Part shown: piece by piece, positions 33,018 to 46,000 of the stretch | How positions within the stretch are numbered: the first letter of the stretch is position 1 | Layout: every line of letters begins with the position of its first letter | Source of the DNA: Gemmatimonadota bacterium | GTDB taxonomy: Bacteria; Gemmatimonadota; Gemmatimonadetes; Gemmatimonadales; GWC2-71-9 | DNA: 64,000 nt | Assembly (NCBI GenBank): GCA_003169895.1 | Contig: PNAE01000007.1 | Coordinates: forward strand, 1,426,880-1,490,879 | Reading direction: 5' to 3' | Translations under genes and position numbers: made by a program | The notes under the pieces: generated by a model | The model's input: the letters and a program-made list of their open reading frames with translations, nothing else | Databases searched by the model: none | Told to the model about the DNA's origin: nothing

Positions 33018-33632
33018 ATGTTCCTTGCCCGGTCTTTTCGTATGGCAGCCGTCGGTGCGGTCGTGCTGACGAGCGGTCTCGCGTGCGCCACCAAGACGAA
33101 GGAACAGCTCGAGAAATCCAGCGTCAGCATGGCACCGGAGGTCGCGGCCGAGTTCAAGAAGCGCGTCGAGGCGTACGCGGACAGTTCCAGGAAACTGGCG
33201 GCCACGTTGCCGAAGCTCCCGAAGGAAGCCACGCCGCAGCAGATTGATCAGGACCAGCGGGCCTTCGAGCAGCTCGTCGTGCAGGAACGGCGTGACGCCA
33301 AGCCCGGCGACCTGTTCATCCCGGAAATGCAGACGTACGTGCGGACACTGCTCGCCGACGTGTTCGCGGGTCCGCTCGGAGCCGCGGAGAGGAAGGCGGT
33401 GCACGACGAATCGCATCCAGTAGCGCCCGTCATCAATAAGCGCTACCCCGATGAAGTGCCGCTCTCGACGATGCCGCCGCGACTCCTGGCGAATTTGCCG
33501 ACACTTCCCGACCAGCTCGAGTACCGCTTTGTCTACAATGATCTGATCCTGATGGACGACCATGCCCACGTCATCCTGGACTTCATCGTGGATGCCATGC
33601 CGCGGGCCCCCATACCAGCATCAAGGCCCTAG
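33018..33632 (+). CDS. putative lipoprotein (204 aa)
   Basis: The N-terminus MAAVGAVVLTSGLAC has a lipobox. The rest is helical and Lys/Glu-rich. No catalytic motif. Confidence 0.55.
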   Translation: MFLARSFRMAAVGAVVLTSGLACATKTKEQLEKSSVSMAPEVAAEFKKRVEAYADSSRKLAATLPKLPKEATPQQIDQDQRAFEQLVVQERRDAKPGDLFIPEMQTYVRTLLADVFAGPLGAAERKAVHDESHPVAPVINKRYPDEVPLSTMPPRLLANLPTLPDQLEYRFVYNDLILMDDHAHVILDFIVDAMPRAPIPASRP

Positions 33633-33647
33633 TCCGCGGAGACTCGA

Positions 33648-34571
33648 ATGCGCACCCGCAGTTTCATCGTCGCAGTCGCTCTGCTCGTGTCGGGGATCCC
33701 GATTGGCCCGGGGATCACTGCCAGGCCGTCTCGAACGCCGGTTCCCGTCCCGCAACAAGGCGCCGCCGCGCAGGCGCCCATTGCGCTTCCGAACAAAAAG
33801 GGATCGTTGAAGTTCATGATATTCGGGGATTTCGGCGACGCGAGCCCTGAGCAGGTTGCGACGGCGGCACAAATGGCCAAGACACGCGCTACGTTTCCGT
33901 TCGAAATCGCCGTCACCACCGGCGATAACCTCCTGGGATCGGAGCGCCCGCAGGACTTTCAGAAGAAGTTCGAGACGCCATACAAACCGCTGCTCGACGC
34001 CGGCGTGACGTTCTATGCGACGCTCGGCAACCACGACGCCCAGGAACAGCGCTACTACAAGCTGTTCAACATGAACGGCAAGCTGTATTACTCCTTCAAG
34101 GCCCCCCAACAGGACGTCCGGTTCTTCATGCTGGAAAGCACCTACATGGACCCGGACCAGGTGAAATGGATCGAAAACGAGCTCAAGACCTCAACGGAAG
34201 CCTGGAAGATCGTCGTGATGCATCATCCCCCCTACTCCTCTGGCGCGACGCACGGTTCCTCCCTGTCGTTGCGGGCGACGCTCGAACCGATGTTCGTCAA
34301 GTACGGCGTGAGCGTGGTCCTCACCGGGCACGACCATATCTATGAGCGCGTCAAGCCCCAGCAGGGGATCACGTATTTCGTCATTGGATCCGGGGGGGAG
34401 TTGCGTCGCGGCGATCTTACGAAGACGGCGCTGACCGACGTCGGCTTTGACACCGACAACGCGTTCGTGGTGGCAGAAATCATCAATCACACGATGTACT
34501 TCAACGCGATTTCTCGCCTTGCGAAGATCGTCGATTCAGGCATCATCACGGCTCGAACCGCGCCGAAATAG
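33648..34571 (+). CDS. secreted metallophosphoesterase (purple-acid/calcineurin-like phosphatase)
   Basis: Signal peptide, then the motif series GDFGD, TGDN, GNHD, MHHPPYSS, GHDHIYER. Confidence 0.85.
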   Translation: MRTRSFIVAVALLVSGIPIGPGITARPSRTPVPVPQQGAAAQAPIALPNKKGSLKFMIFGDFGDASPEQVATAAQMAKTRATFPFEIAVTTGDNLLGSERPQDFQKKFETPYKPLLDAGVTFYATLGNHDAQEQRYYKLFNMNGKLYYSFKAPQQDVRFFMLESTYMDPDQVKWIENELKTSTEAWKIVVMHHPPYSSGATHGSSLSLRATLEPMFVKYGVSVVLTGHDHIYERVKPQQGITYFVIGSGGELRRGDLTKTALTDVGFDTDNAFVVAEIINHTMYFNAISRLAKIVDSGIITARTAPK

Positions 34572-34673
34572 CGAGTAGGTGAAGGGGTCAGACCGTTATT
34601 CTTCGCGTGGCGGCCCCGTTCCCGCCCCGCCTGAGGTGCCATGCATACTCCGCGTGAGTCACGATATACCGCC

Positions 34674-35630
34674 ATGACGTACCAGCGGTGTGGTCGCAGC
34701 GGCCTCAAGCTTCCCGCCGTCTCGCTCGGCCTCTGGCACAATTTTGGTGCGTCCGATCCGTTCGACGCCGGCCGCGACATGGTGCTGCGAGCCTTCGATC
34801 TCGGCATTACGCACTTCGATCTCGCCAACAACTACGGGTTGCCGCCGGGCTCCGCCGAAGTGACGTTCGGGCGGATCCTGCGCGAGGAGCTTGCTGGCCA
34901 CCGTGACGAGCTGATCATATCGTCCAAGGCTGGCTACCTGATGTGGCCTGGGCCGTACGGCGAGTGGGGATCGCGCAAGTACCTGGTCGCGAGCGTCGAC
35001 CAGAGCCTGCGCCGCATGGGGATCGAGTACGTCGACATCTTCTATTCGCACCGCCCCGATCCCGACACGCCGCTCGAGGAAACAATGGGGGCGCTCGATG
35101 CAATCGTGCGTAGCGGCAAGGCCCTGTATGCCGGCATCTCCAGCTACACCGCCGAGCAGACGGAGCGCGCGGCAGCGATCCTGAAGTCACTCGGCACGCC
35201 ATGTCTGATTCACCAGCCGAAATACAGCATGTTCGTCCGCTGGGTCGAGGGTGGGTTGCTCGACGTGCTCGACCACGAGGGGATCGGCTGCATCGCGTTT
35301 TCGCCGCTTGCGCAGGGGCTGCTCACCGATCGCTACCTTGCCGGAATTCCCGCCGGTTCACGAGCATCCAAGCCGAACGGGTTTCTCAAGCCGGCCGAGA
35401 TCACGGCGCAGCGCCTGGCGCAAGTGCGGCGGCTCAATGACATCGCGGCACAGCGCGGACAGCGGCTGGCGCAAATGGCGGTTGCATGGGTGTTGCGCGA
35501 CCGGCGGATGACATCGGCGCTGATCGGTGCGAGCCGCGTCTCACAAGTCGAGGACGCCGTCGCAGCGTTGGCCAATCGGTCGTTCAGCGACGCGGAACTG
35601 CAGCAGATTGATCGGATCCTGGCGGAGTGA
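34674..35630 (+). CDS. aldo/keto reductase (YghZ/Mgr-like)
   Basis: MTYQRCGRSGLKLPAVSLGLWHNFG, ITHFDLANNYG and the rest of the AKR pattern. ATG at 34674; the track ORF begins at 34641. Confidence 0.9.
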   Translation: MTYQRCGRSGLKLPAVSLGLWHNFGASDPFDAGRDMVLRAFDLGITHFDLANNYGLPPGSAEVTFGRILREELAGHRDELIISSKAGYLMWPGPYGEWGSRKYLVASVDQSLRRMGIEYVDIFYSHRPDPDTPLEETMGALDAIVRSGKALYAGISSYTAEQTERAAAILKSLGTPCLIHQPKYSMFVRWVEGGLLDVLDHEGIGCIAFSPLAQGLLTDRYLAGIPAGSRASKPNGFLKPAEITAQRLAQVRRLNDIAAQRGQRLAQMAVAWVLRDRRMTSALIGASRVSQVEDAVAALANRSFSDAELQQIDRILAE

Positions 35631-35827
35631 GCCAACCTGACCCGCTGCGCGGGCTCGCTTACTTTGTCCCTGAAATCAGCGACGCATACTCCACCGCCTT
35701 CGCCGATTTCGCCCACGCCGTGTAGAGTGCGACCAACCGGGGGCGTGTTAACCAGGGGCGGCGCCTCTCCCCCCGTCGGTGGCATTCGGATAGGTTTGTC
35801 GCCTCCCAGCGAAAGGGTGCCAACCGC

Positions 35828-38002
35828 GTGTTGAAGGGTCTTGAAGCGGCGTTATCGGACAACTACAAGATCGAGCGCGAGCTGGGCCGCGGCGGCATGG
35901 CCACCGTCTATCTTGCCCACGACCGCAAGCACGACCGCGCCGTGGCGCTCAAGGTACTCCACCCCGAACTCTCCTCGGCGCTCGGCCCCGACCGCTTCCT
36001 CCGCGAAATCAAGGTTGCCGCCCGCCTCAATCACCCGCACATCCTGCCACTGTATGACTCCGGCGAGGCGGGCGGATTCCTCTATTACGTCATGCCGTAC
36101 GTCGAGGGCGAGTCACTGCGTTCCAAGCTCAATCGCGACGGCAAGTTCCCGCTTGACGAGGCACTGCATCTGGCTCGCGTGATCGCCGGCGCGCTCGACT
36201 ACGCCCACCGGCAGCGCGTGGTGCACCGCGACATCAAGCCCGAAAACGTCATGTTGCACGAAGGCGAGGCGATGGTGATGGATTTCGGCATCGCCAAGGC
36301 GGTGAGTGTCGCCAGCGATGACACGCTCACCCAGATCGGGATGATGGTCGGCACGCCAGCCTACGTCAGCCCCGAGCAGGCGGCCGGCGAGGGCGAAATA
36401 GACGGCCGGAGCGACCAGTACAGCCTGGCGTGCATGCTGTTCGAAATTCTCTCGGGGGAAAAGGCGTTCACCGGCTCGACGGCGCAAGCGGTGCTGAGCA
36501 AGCGGTTTACCGATCCGGTCCCTTCGTTGCACAAGATCAATCCGGGCATTCCGGACGAAATCGATCTGGCGGTGAGCAAGGCGCTGTCGAAGGACCCGCG
36601 CGAGCGATTCACCACGTCGGGCGAATTCGCCAAGGCGCTCATCTGGCCGAAGGTAGCGACGCCAGCCGATCAGCCGGCGGTCAAGCCGACTGCCGCGCCC
36701 AAGTCCATCGCCGTGCTGCCCTTCGCCGACATGAGCGCCGAGCGAGAAAACGGGTACTTCACCGACGGCATGGCGGAGGAGATCATCAACGCCCTGACGA
36801 CGATCCGGGCATTGCGCGTCGCGTCGCGCACGTCGTCGTTCGCGTTCAAGGCCACGACCGAAGACATCCGCCAGGTCGGCAAGAAGCTCGACGTCGCGAC
36901 GGTCCTGGAGGGGAGCGTTCGCAAGGCGGGAAACAAGCTTCGCATCACGGCCCAGCTGGTAAACGTCGCCGACGGGTATCAGCTCTGGTCGCAGCGATAT
37001 GATCGCGACCTGGAAGACGTGTTCGCGATCCAGGACGAGATCGCGACCAGCATCGTCAAGGCGCTGCGCGTCATCCTGAGCGACGATGAGAAGCGGGCGA
37101 TCGAGCGGGTGCCGACCGCGAATGTCGAGGCGTACGACTGTTACCTGCGCGGGCGCCAGTACTTCCACCAGTTCCAGAAACAGAGCCTGGAATTTGCGCG
37201 GCAGATGTTTACCAAGGCGATCGACATCGATCCCACCTACGCGCTGGCGTACGCCGGGGTGGCCGACTGCTGCTCGGTGCTGTACACCAACTTCGACGCC
37301 ACCGAGGCGAACCTCTCCAACGCCGAGACGGCCTCCCGCCGCGCGCTGGAACTGGATCCTGGCCTGGCCGAGGCGCATGTGGCGCGTGGGCTGGCGGTGT
37401 CGTTGCATGGCAACCACAAGGACGCCGAGGGGGAGTTCGAGACGGCGATGAAGCTGAACCCGCAGCTCTTCGATGCGGCCTACATGTACGGCCGGGCGCT
37501 GACGGCGCAGGGTAAGCACGAGAAGGCACTGAAGATGTTCGAGCGGGCGGCCGAGCTGCGCCCCGAAGACTATGTCATTCCGGGCATGGTAGGTGGGGCG
37601 TATGCGAGCCTGGGTCGAACGGCCGAAGCGCAACTCGCCTTCCGGCGCCAGTCAGCGGTGGCTGCCAAGCGGCTGGAACTCAACCCCGACGATCCGCGGG
37701 CCCTCTATATGGGTGCCATCGCGCTGTCGCACCTGGGGGAACTGACGCGGGCGAAGGACTGGGCACGACAGGCACTGGCGATCAATGCCGGCGATGCCAC
37801 GGTGTTGTACAATGTCGCCTGCATGTATGCTGCGAGCGGCGAGAGTGACGAGGCGATCACGCTGCTCGAGCGAGCCATGGCGGCCGGCTTCGGGCACTGG
37901 AACTGGATCGAGAACGATTCGGATCTGGAATCGTTGCGCGGACATCCCCGATTTCTGGCGTTACAGGCGAAGAAACACCAGGAGCCGACGCACGCGTCAT
38001 GA
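35828..38002 (+). CDS. Ser/Thr protein kinase with TolB-N-like domain and TPR repeats
   Basis: GRGGMATVYLA, VALKVL, HRDIKPENVML, DFGIA, SPEQ; IAVLPFADMSAERENGYFTDGMAEEI; C-terminal TPR repeats. Paralog of 15547-17832 and 48047-50299. Confidence 0.9.
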   Translation: MLKGLEAALSDNYKIERELGRGGMATVYLAHDRKHDRAVALKVLHPELSSALGPDRFLREIKVAARLNHPHILPLYDSGEAGGFLYYVMPYVEGESLRSKLNRDGKFPLDEALHLARVIAGALDYAHRQRVVHRDIKPENVMLHEGEAMVMDFGIAKAVSVASDDTLTQIGMMVGTPAYVSPEQAAGEGEIDGRSDQYSLACMLFEILSGEKAFTGSTAQAVLSKRFTDPVPSLHKINPGIPDEIDLAVSKALSKDPRERFTTSGEFAKALIWPKVATPADQPAVKPTAAPKSIAVLPFADMSAERENGYFTDGMAEEIINALTTIRALRVASRTSSFAFKATTEDIRQVGKKLDVATVLEGSVRKAGNKLRITAQLVNVADGYQLWSQRYDRDLEDVFAIQDEIATSIVKALRVILSDDEKRAIERVPTANVEAYDCYLRGRQYFHQFQKQSLEFARQMFTKAIDIDPTYALAYAGVADCCSVLYTNFDATEANLSNAETASRRALELDPGLAEAHVARGLAVSLHGNHKDAEGEFETAMKLNPQLFDAAYMYGRALTAQGKHEKALKMFERAAELRPEDYVIPGMVGGAYASLGRTAEAQLAFRRQSAVAAKRLELNPDDPRALYMGAIALSHLGELTRAKDWARQALAINAGDATVLYNVACMYAASGESDEAITLLERAMAAGFGHWNWIENDSDLESLRGHPRFLALQAKKHQEPTHAS

Positions 38003-38049
38003 ACCGGACGGCGTGACCGAGTGGCGTCACGGACGTCATTCAGTTTGCG

Positions 38050-40685
<2,636 letters not shown>

Positions 40686-40689
<4 letters not shown>

Positions 40690-43328
40690 TTCTTCGCTGG
40701 CCCTGCGTTCGCCACCCAGATGTCGCTTTGCTGGTCACCCAGCGTGACGTAGATCCGTTCCCCGCGGACCCGGAAGCCGAACCGGTGCCAAGGTCGGGTC
40801 GGGTCGTCGAACCGGACGACAATGTACGGGCGCGTTCCGGACACGGGTACGGCGACCACGGCAGCGACGCCGGTCGCACCCTCGGTCAGATGAAAGATCG
40901 TCCGGCCGTCGGCGGACCACTGGGGAAAGGCCCACCCAGCGGTGGCGAACGGCGACGGGATGCGGCGCCCGGCGCCGCCTGCCGCCGGGAAGACGACCAA
41001 ACCGCCAGGACCGCAACCGCAAGCGAGGACGGTACCATCGGGAGACCACACTGCGAGTCCGGGAGTCACGGTGTCAGCGCCGATCACGACGGGAAGGAGC
41101 CGCGGCGCCGACCACCGCCCATCGGCACTCCGCGCGACGATGTAAAGCGCCGGATGAATCCCCCAGTTTGCCAGCACCGCCAGGCGCTGGCCGTCCGGTG
41201 ACCATTCCGGTGACCGCACATCTTCGGCGCCATCGGTAACCGGAACCGGCCGGCCGCCTTCGGCGGGCACTACGAAGACCTGGCGACGTTGTCCGTGAAA
41301 GCTATGGAAAGCGATGGCCTTCCCATCGGGCGACCAGGCAGACCAGAACGAGCCCACGGTGTCCGTCGTCAGCTGCTGCGGTCCCGCCGGCCCGTGGCCA
41401 AGTCGGAGGCGGTAGAGCTGAGTCACTCCGCTGACGTCGGAACTGTAAGCGAGCCATTCGCCATCGAGCGACACGTCGAAGTTTTCTATCGTCTGGTTGC
41501 CCACGGTCACGGGTTGTGCCTGGGAAATCGAACGGCCGCCGCTCGTCACGGGCAGCGACCACACATTCGAGGTTTCAGTGAAACTGGAGTACGCCAGGCG
41601 CGATCCGTCCAGCGACGTCCCGATTCCCAGCGCGTTGAGCCCGGTCGTGAGCCGCACGGGCGAGCCGCTGGCCCCTCCGGAGCTGGAGAGCTTCTGCTGA
41701 TATACGTCGCGGCTCCCCTCACGATCGGAGACGAACAGTAACTCCCCGCGGGATGTCCATGCCGGACTGACGTTGAGAAAGTGTGCTTCGGTGAGCTGCG
41801 TTGGCTTCCCGCCGCTTGCCCGGACCACCTGGACGCTGCTCGGTGCGATGTTCCCGAGAGATCGGTCGTGCGCGCTGACATACTGGGTGTTACCCGAAAC
41901 GAACCCGATCCACCTGCCATCTGGTGACCACGCGGGCGAGTGAATCTCCCGGCCCGTCGTGACCAGTCGCGCTGCGCCGCCATCCACAGGCTTGGCATAT
42001 AGCGAGTCGTGTGAAACGAAGGCGACGGAGCGGCCATCCGGAGCGAGGGCAATTCCGCGCTCGGGGTTGGCTTCGGCAGCCACGAGCCGGGGCGCCCCGC
42101 CGAACGCCGGCACGACTTCCACGCCGTGCGACGAGAGATAGATCAGCCGTTGCCCATTGGGATCCCATGCGGGCCAGCGTCCCGTGCCTTCCGCTTCGCG
42201 GATGACCGAAATCGGATCGCCACCCTCGACCTGGCGGACCAGGAGAACTCCCCCGGCACCGGAGTACGCCAGGAATTTTCCGTCCGGTGAAAGCGCCGGG
42301 TCAATCTCGAGCCCCGGCTCATGGGTAATCTGGCTGCGCCTGCCCAGCGACAATGCGGTTGGTCCGCGACGTGCGAGCAGCAGCAAGCCGGCGACGCCGA
42401 GTAATAGAATGACGGCAAGAATCCCGGTAGCGGCCCCCAAGAATCGACGCCTGCCGCGCGCGGCTCGGTTGAGGCTGGAGCCCGTCTCCGTCGCTGCCCG
42501 GCCCAGGGCATCGGTGAACAGCCCGACCGGATTGAATCGATCTGCCGGCGTCTTTGCCAGCGCGCGTTGAAGTGCTGCAGCGACAGCCACCGGCACGGCG
42601 GGTCGAAGATTGGTGATCGGTGGGGCATTCACGGTGAGGTGCTGGTGGACCACGCTCTCGACCGTTGGGCCGGTGAATGGTGGTTGTCCACCGAGCATCT
42701 CGTACAGCACGCAGCCCAGCGAATACACATCACTCCGACCATCCAGGTCCTTCTCTCCCGCTGCCTGCTCCGGACTCATGTACTGCGGAGTACCGAGCAC
42801 GACGCCGGTCTCGGTCAGCGCCTCCGCGCCCGCGAGGCCGACCGCCTTCGCGATTCCGAAGTCGGTTACCACTGCGTGGCCACTCTCAAACAGGATGTTC
42901 TCCGGTTTGATGTCTCGATGGACGACGCCGTGCCCATGCGCGTAATTCAACGCCTCGCCGACTTCGCCGGCGATCCGGAGGGCATCGTTCACGGGAAGCT
43001 GCTTCTCCCGGTTGAGGCGGTCTCTGAGGCTTTCTCCCTCCACATAAGGCATGGTGTACCACAACTGACCGGCCGCTTCACCAGAATCATGCACACTGAG
43101 GATGTGTGGATGCTGGAGTCTCGCTGCGAGGCGGATCTCCCGCTGGAATCGCTCCGGACCTAGCGCGACGGCAAGTTCCTGCCGCATCACCTTGATGGCG
43201 ACCTGGCGATCGTGCTTCAGGTCCTGCGCGAGGTACACAGTCGCCATCCCGCCGGCACCGAGCTCGCGCTCGATGCGATAGCGGTCGGAGAGGGCGGTAG
43301 CGAGGCGGTGCAGGGCGTCAGCCGTCAA
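40686..43328 (-). CDS. Ser/Thr protein kinase with PD40/TolB-like beta-propeller repeats
   Basis: Same architecture (GAGGMATVYLA, HRDIKPENILF, DFGIA, AWSPDGRWIGF ...). TTG start at 43328. Confidence 0.9.
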
Positions 43329-43441
43329 TCAGTGCCCCGCGCGTCAAGGGGTGCTGCAGCGTGTAGCGATGCCTGGGGAAGGGACCAGACGAATATGCTC
43401 GGCAACCGGCGGGCCGGTAAGGCCAGGTCGTCAGGCGAGGC

Positions 43442-44503
43442 TCACTTCACCAGGAACTTCATCGTCGTCCCCATCTTTGCGGTCACGCTTACGCCATCCG
43501 GCAGGCAGGGCGACCGCACGATCCGTCCGGTGAACTCCACCAGATGCCCCACCAGCTTGTCGGCGTACGCCCTCCCCCACGCGAATTGCAGTTGCGGCGC
43601 ACTGGTGCAGACCGTCAACCCGGCCGATTCCGCGAAGTAGATGATGGCGTACGTCCCAGTCGGCTCCTCGACCACGCGTGAGATCGTGCCATGCATCGTT
43701 CGCGTATCGCCGATCCACTGCGGCGAGAAATTCGCGACGGTGTTTGCGTCGAGTTCCGCCATCCGCCGGATCGAGTCCCGCACGAGAGCGCTATTCACCT
43801 GCCGCACCGCGGCCCGGATATTGTCGAGCGCACTGGGACCCTGTGGCGTGGTGGCCGACACCGTCCCGCCGCCGCCGTTCAAGCTGCGCCCGAGCGGAAT
43901 CGCGCGATCGTTCGATCCGAACCCGACCTGCAACGTCGTGGGAAGGAGTTCCACGCCGGCCCAGACATCCGATTGCAGGTTGTAATCGATCGATGCGGGA
44001 AGCGACACCAGGGCGGGGTCGAGCTTGCAGGCGGCGGCCGGGTCGTTGCCGTCGACGCGGTAGTTGTCACCGTTCTTCGTCACGCAGAGTCGCAGCTTCG
44101 ACCGCCTGAACCACTTGGCGTCGACGTCGTTCCGACCTTGCATCGGCCGGATAGCGGCGGGGTTCACCGTGCCCCCACCCCAGGTACCAGTTGCATCCGT
44201 GAAGGCAAACGCGAGGTGCAGATGCTCGCTGTTGGCCTCGGCAAAAAGCGCAGAGCCCAGTCCATTGTCGAAGTCGTATACATGCGAAAACACTTCAGCG
44301 CAGCTTCCGGGCGAGATGCTGATCCAACGGTGGACCGCCCAAAACTTGGCGGTCAGGGTCTTGTCCTGATACGCAATGGCAACACTGAGCGTGAGCTGTC
44401 CGTTGTTGCAGATCCTGACGGTGTATTGTCGAGGGTCCGCGCGGAGCGCTGAGGCCGCGAGCAGCAGCAGGATCGTCAACAGGAAGACTCGCGGGCGGAT
44501 CAC
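43442..44503 (-). CDS. secreted hypothetical protein (353 aa), N-terminal DUF1036-like region
   Basis: Signal peptide MIRPRVFLLTILLLLAASALRA. TVRICNNGQLTLSVAIAYQD...WISISPGSCAEVF recalls the DUF1036 pattern; this is a tentative recognition from memory. Confidence 0.5.
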   Translation of the reverse strand: MIRPRVFLLTILLLLAASALRADPRQYTVRICNNGQLTLSVAIAYQDKTLTAKFWAVHRWISISPGSCAEVFSHVYDFDNGLGSALFAEANSEHLHLAFAFTDATGTWGGGTVNPAAIRPMQGRNDVDAKWFRRSKLRLCVTKNGDNYRVDGNDPAAACKLDPALVSLPASIDYNLQSDVWAGVELLPTTLQVGFGSNDRAIPLGRSLNGGGGTVSATTPQGPSALDNIRAAVRQVNSALVRDSIRRMAELDANTVANFSPQWIGDTRTMHGTISRVVEEPTGTYAIIYFAESAGLTVCTSAPQLQFAWGRAYADKLVGHLVEFTGRIVRSPCLPDGVSVTAKMGTTMKFLVK

Positions 44504-44701
44504 GTTGCCTCCTTACTCTTCCAGGGCAGTGGGCGAAAAGGTCGTCACCGGGTCAGGGACTCCTGTCGGCAACTTTATCGTAACCCGTCAGTGGGCTTAC
44601 CGTGGCCGCTTCTGTGACTCCACTGATCTGGCCGATCCTGCCCCCACCGACCATTGTTCAGCTGCTCCCGAACAGATGCTCCTCGACCGGACGGTGTTCT
44701 C

Positions 44702-45964
44702 ATGGACAAACGCACGTTCCTCCGCACGCTCGGCGTCGCCGCGCTTGCGACCGTGGTCAAGGACGACCTCTGGGCCCGTCACGCCAGCCTGCCGCCCGAT
44801 CGCCTCGCCGAGGACGAAAAGTTCTGGAATACCATTCGTCGCCAGTATCGCCTCACGCCGGACTACGTCAATCTCGAGAACGGCTACTACTCGATGCAGT
44901 CGCAGCCGGTGCTCGAGGCCTTCATTCACCACGTGCGCGACATCAACCTGCAGGCGTCGCGATACCTGCGCACCCGGCAGTTCGACGACAAGCTCGCCGT
45001 GCGCACCCGCCTCGCTACCCTGGCCGGCTGCTCGCCCGATGAGTTGATCATCACGCGGAACACCACCGAATCCCTTGACACCGTCATCTCCGGGTTCGAC
45101 TGGAAGCCGGGCGACGAAGCGATCATGGCGCAACAGGATTACGGTGCCATGCTCGACATGTTTGCGTTGCAGGCCCGCCGCCACGGCATTGTAAACCGCA
45201 TCGTATCCCTGCCGATGGATCCCAGTTCCGACGACGAAGTCGTCCAGCTCTATGAATCGGTGATCACGCCGCGGACCCGACTGCTCATGGTCTGTCACCT
45301 GGTCAACATTACGGGGCAGATCCTGCCGGTCGCGAAGATCACCGCAATGGCGCACCGCCACGGTGTGCCGGTGATGGTCGACGGGGCGCACGCGTTTGGC
45401 CACCTGGATTTTGCCATTCCCGCCCTTGGCGGCGACTACTACGGTGCATCGCTGCACAAGTGGCTCGGCGCGCCCCTGGGTGCCGGCCTCCTCTACGTGC
45501 GCCGCGATCGCATCGCACCGCTCTGGCCGATCTACGCCGACAGCACCATGCACGACGACGATATCCGCAAGCTGAATCACACGGGCACGCACCCCGTGCA
45601 CACCGACCTCGCCATCAACGACGCGATCGACTATCACCTCGGCATCGGCATCCAGCGGAAGGAAGCGCGCCTGCGCTACCTGCAGCGCTACTGGACCACG
45701 AAGGTGCGCGGCGTGCCGAACATCGTGCTCTACACACCCGAGGACCCGACGCGCTCATGCGCCATCGCCAACGTCGGCGTGCAAGGGATCGCCCCGGCGG
45801 AGCTGGCGAAGACGCTGCTCGACAAGTATCGCATCTGGACCGTGGCAATCGACGGGGCAGGGGTCCACGGCGCCCGGATCACGCCACACCTGTTCATCTC
45901 GACTGGCGAGCTCGACCAGCTGGTACGGGCGCTCAGGGAAATTGCGGCTCGCCAGCCGTCCTGA
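44702..45964 (+). CDS. class-V aminotransferase / cysteine-desulfurase-like PLP enzyme with Tat-like signal
   Basis: The ATG at 44702 gives MDKRTFLRTLGVAALATVV (KRxFL Tat-like). The fold-type-I pattern is present, with SLHKWLGAPLG (PLP Lys). Confidence 0.8.
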   Translation: MDKRTFLRTLGVAALATVVKDDLWARHASLPPDRLAEDEKFWNTIRRQYRLTPDYVNLENGYYSMQSQPVLEAFIHHVRDINLQASRYLRTRQFDDKLAVRTRLATLAGCSPDELIITRNTTESLDTVISGFDWKPGDEAIMAQQDYGAMLDMFALQARRHGIVNRIVSLPMDPSSDDEVVQLYESVITPRTRLLMVCHLVNITGQILPVAKITAMAHRHGVPVMVDGAHAFGHLDFAIPALGGDYYGASLHKWLGAPLGAGLLYVRRDRIAPLWPIYADSTMHDDDIRKLNHTGTHPVHTDLAINDAIDYHLGIGIQRKEARLRYLQRYWTTKVRGVPNIVLYTPEDPTRSCAIANVGVQGIAPAELAKTLLDKYRIWTVAIDGAGVHGARITPHLFISTGELDQLVRALREIAARQPS

Positions 45965-46000
45965 TCCGTTCCGGTATCCGGGCAGGTGTGCGGGACTTCG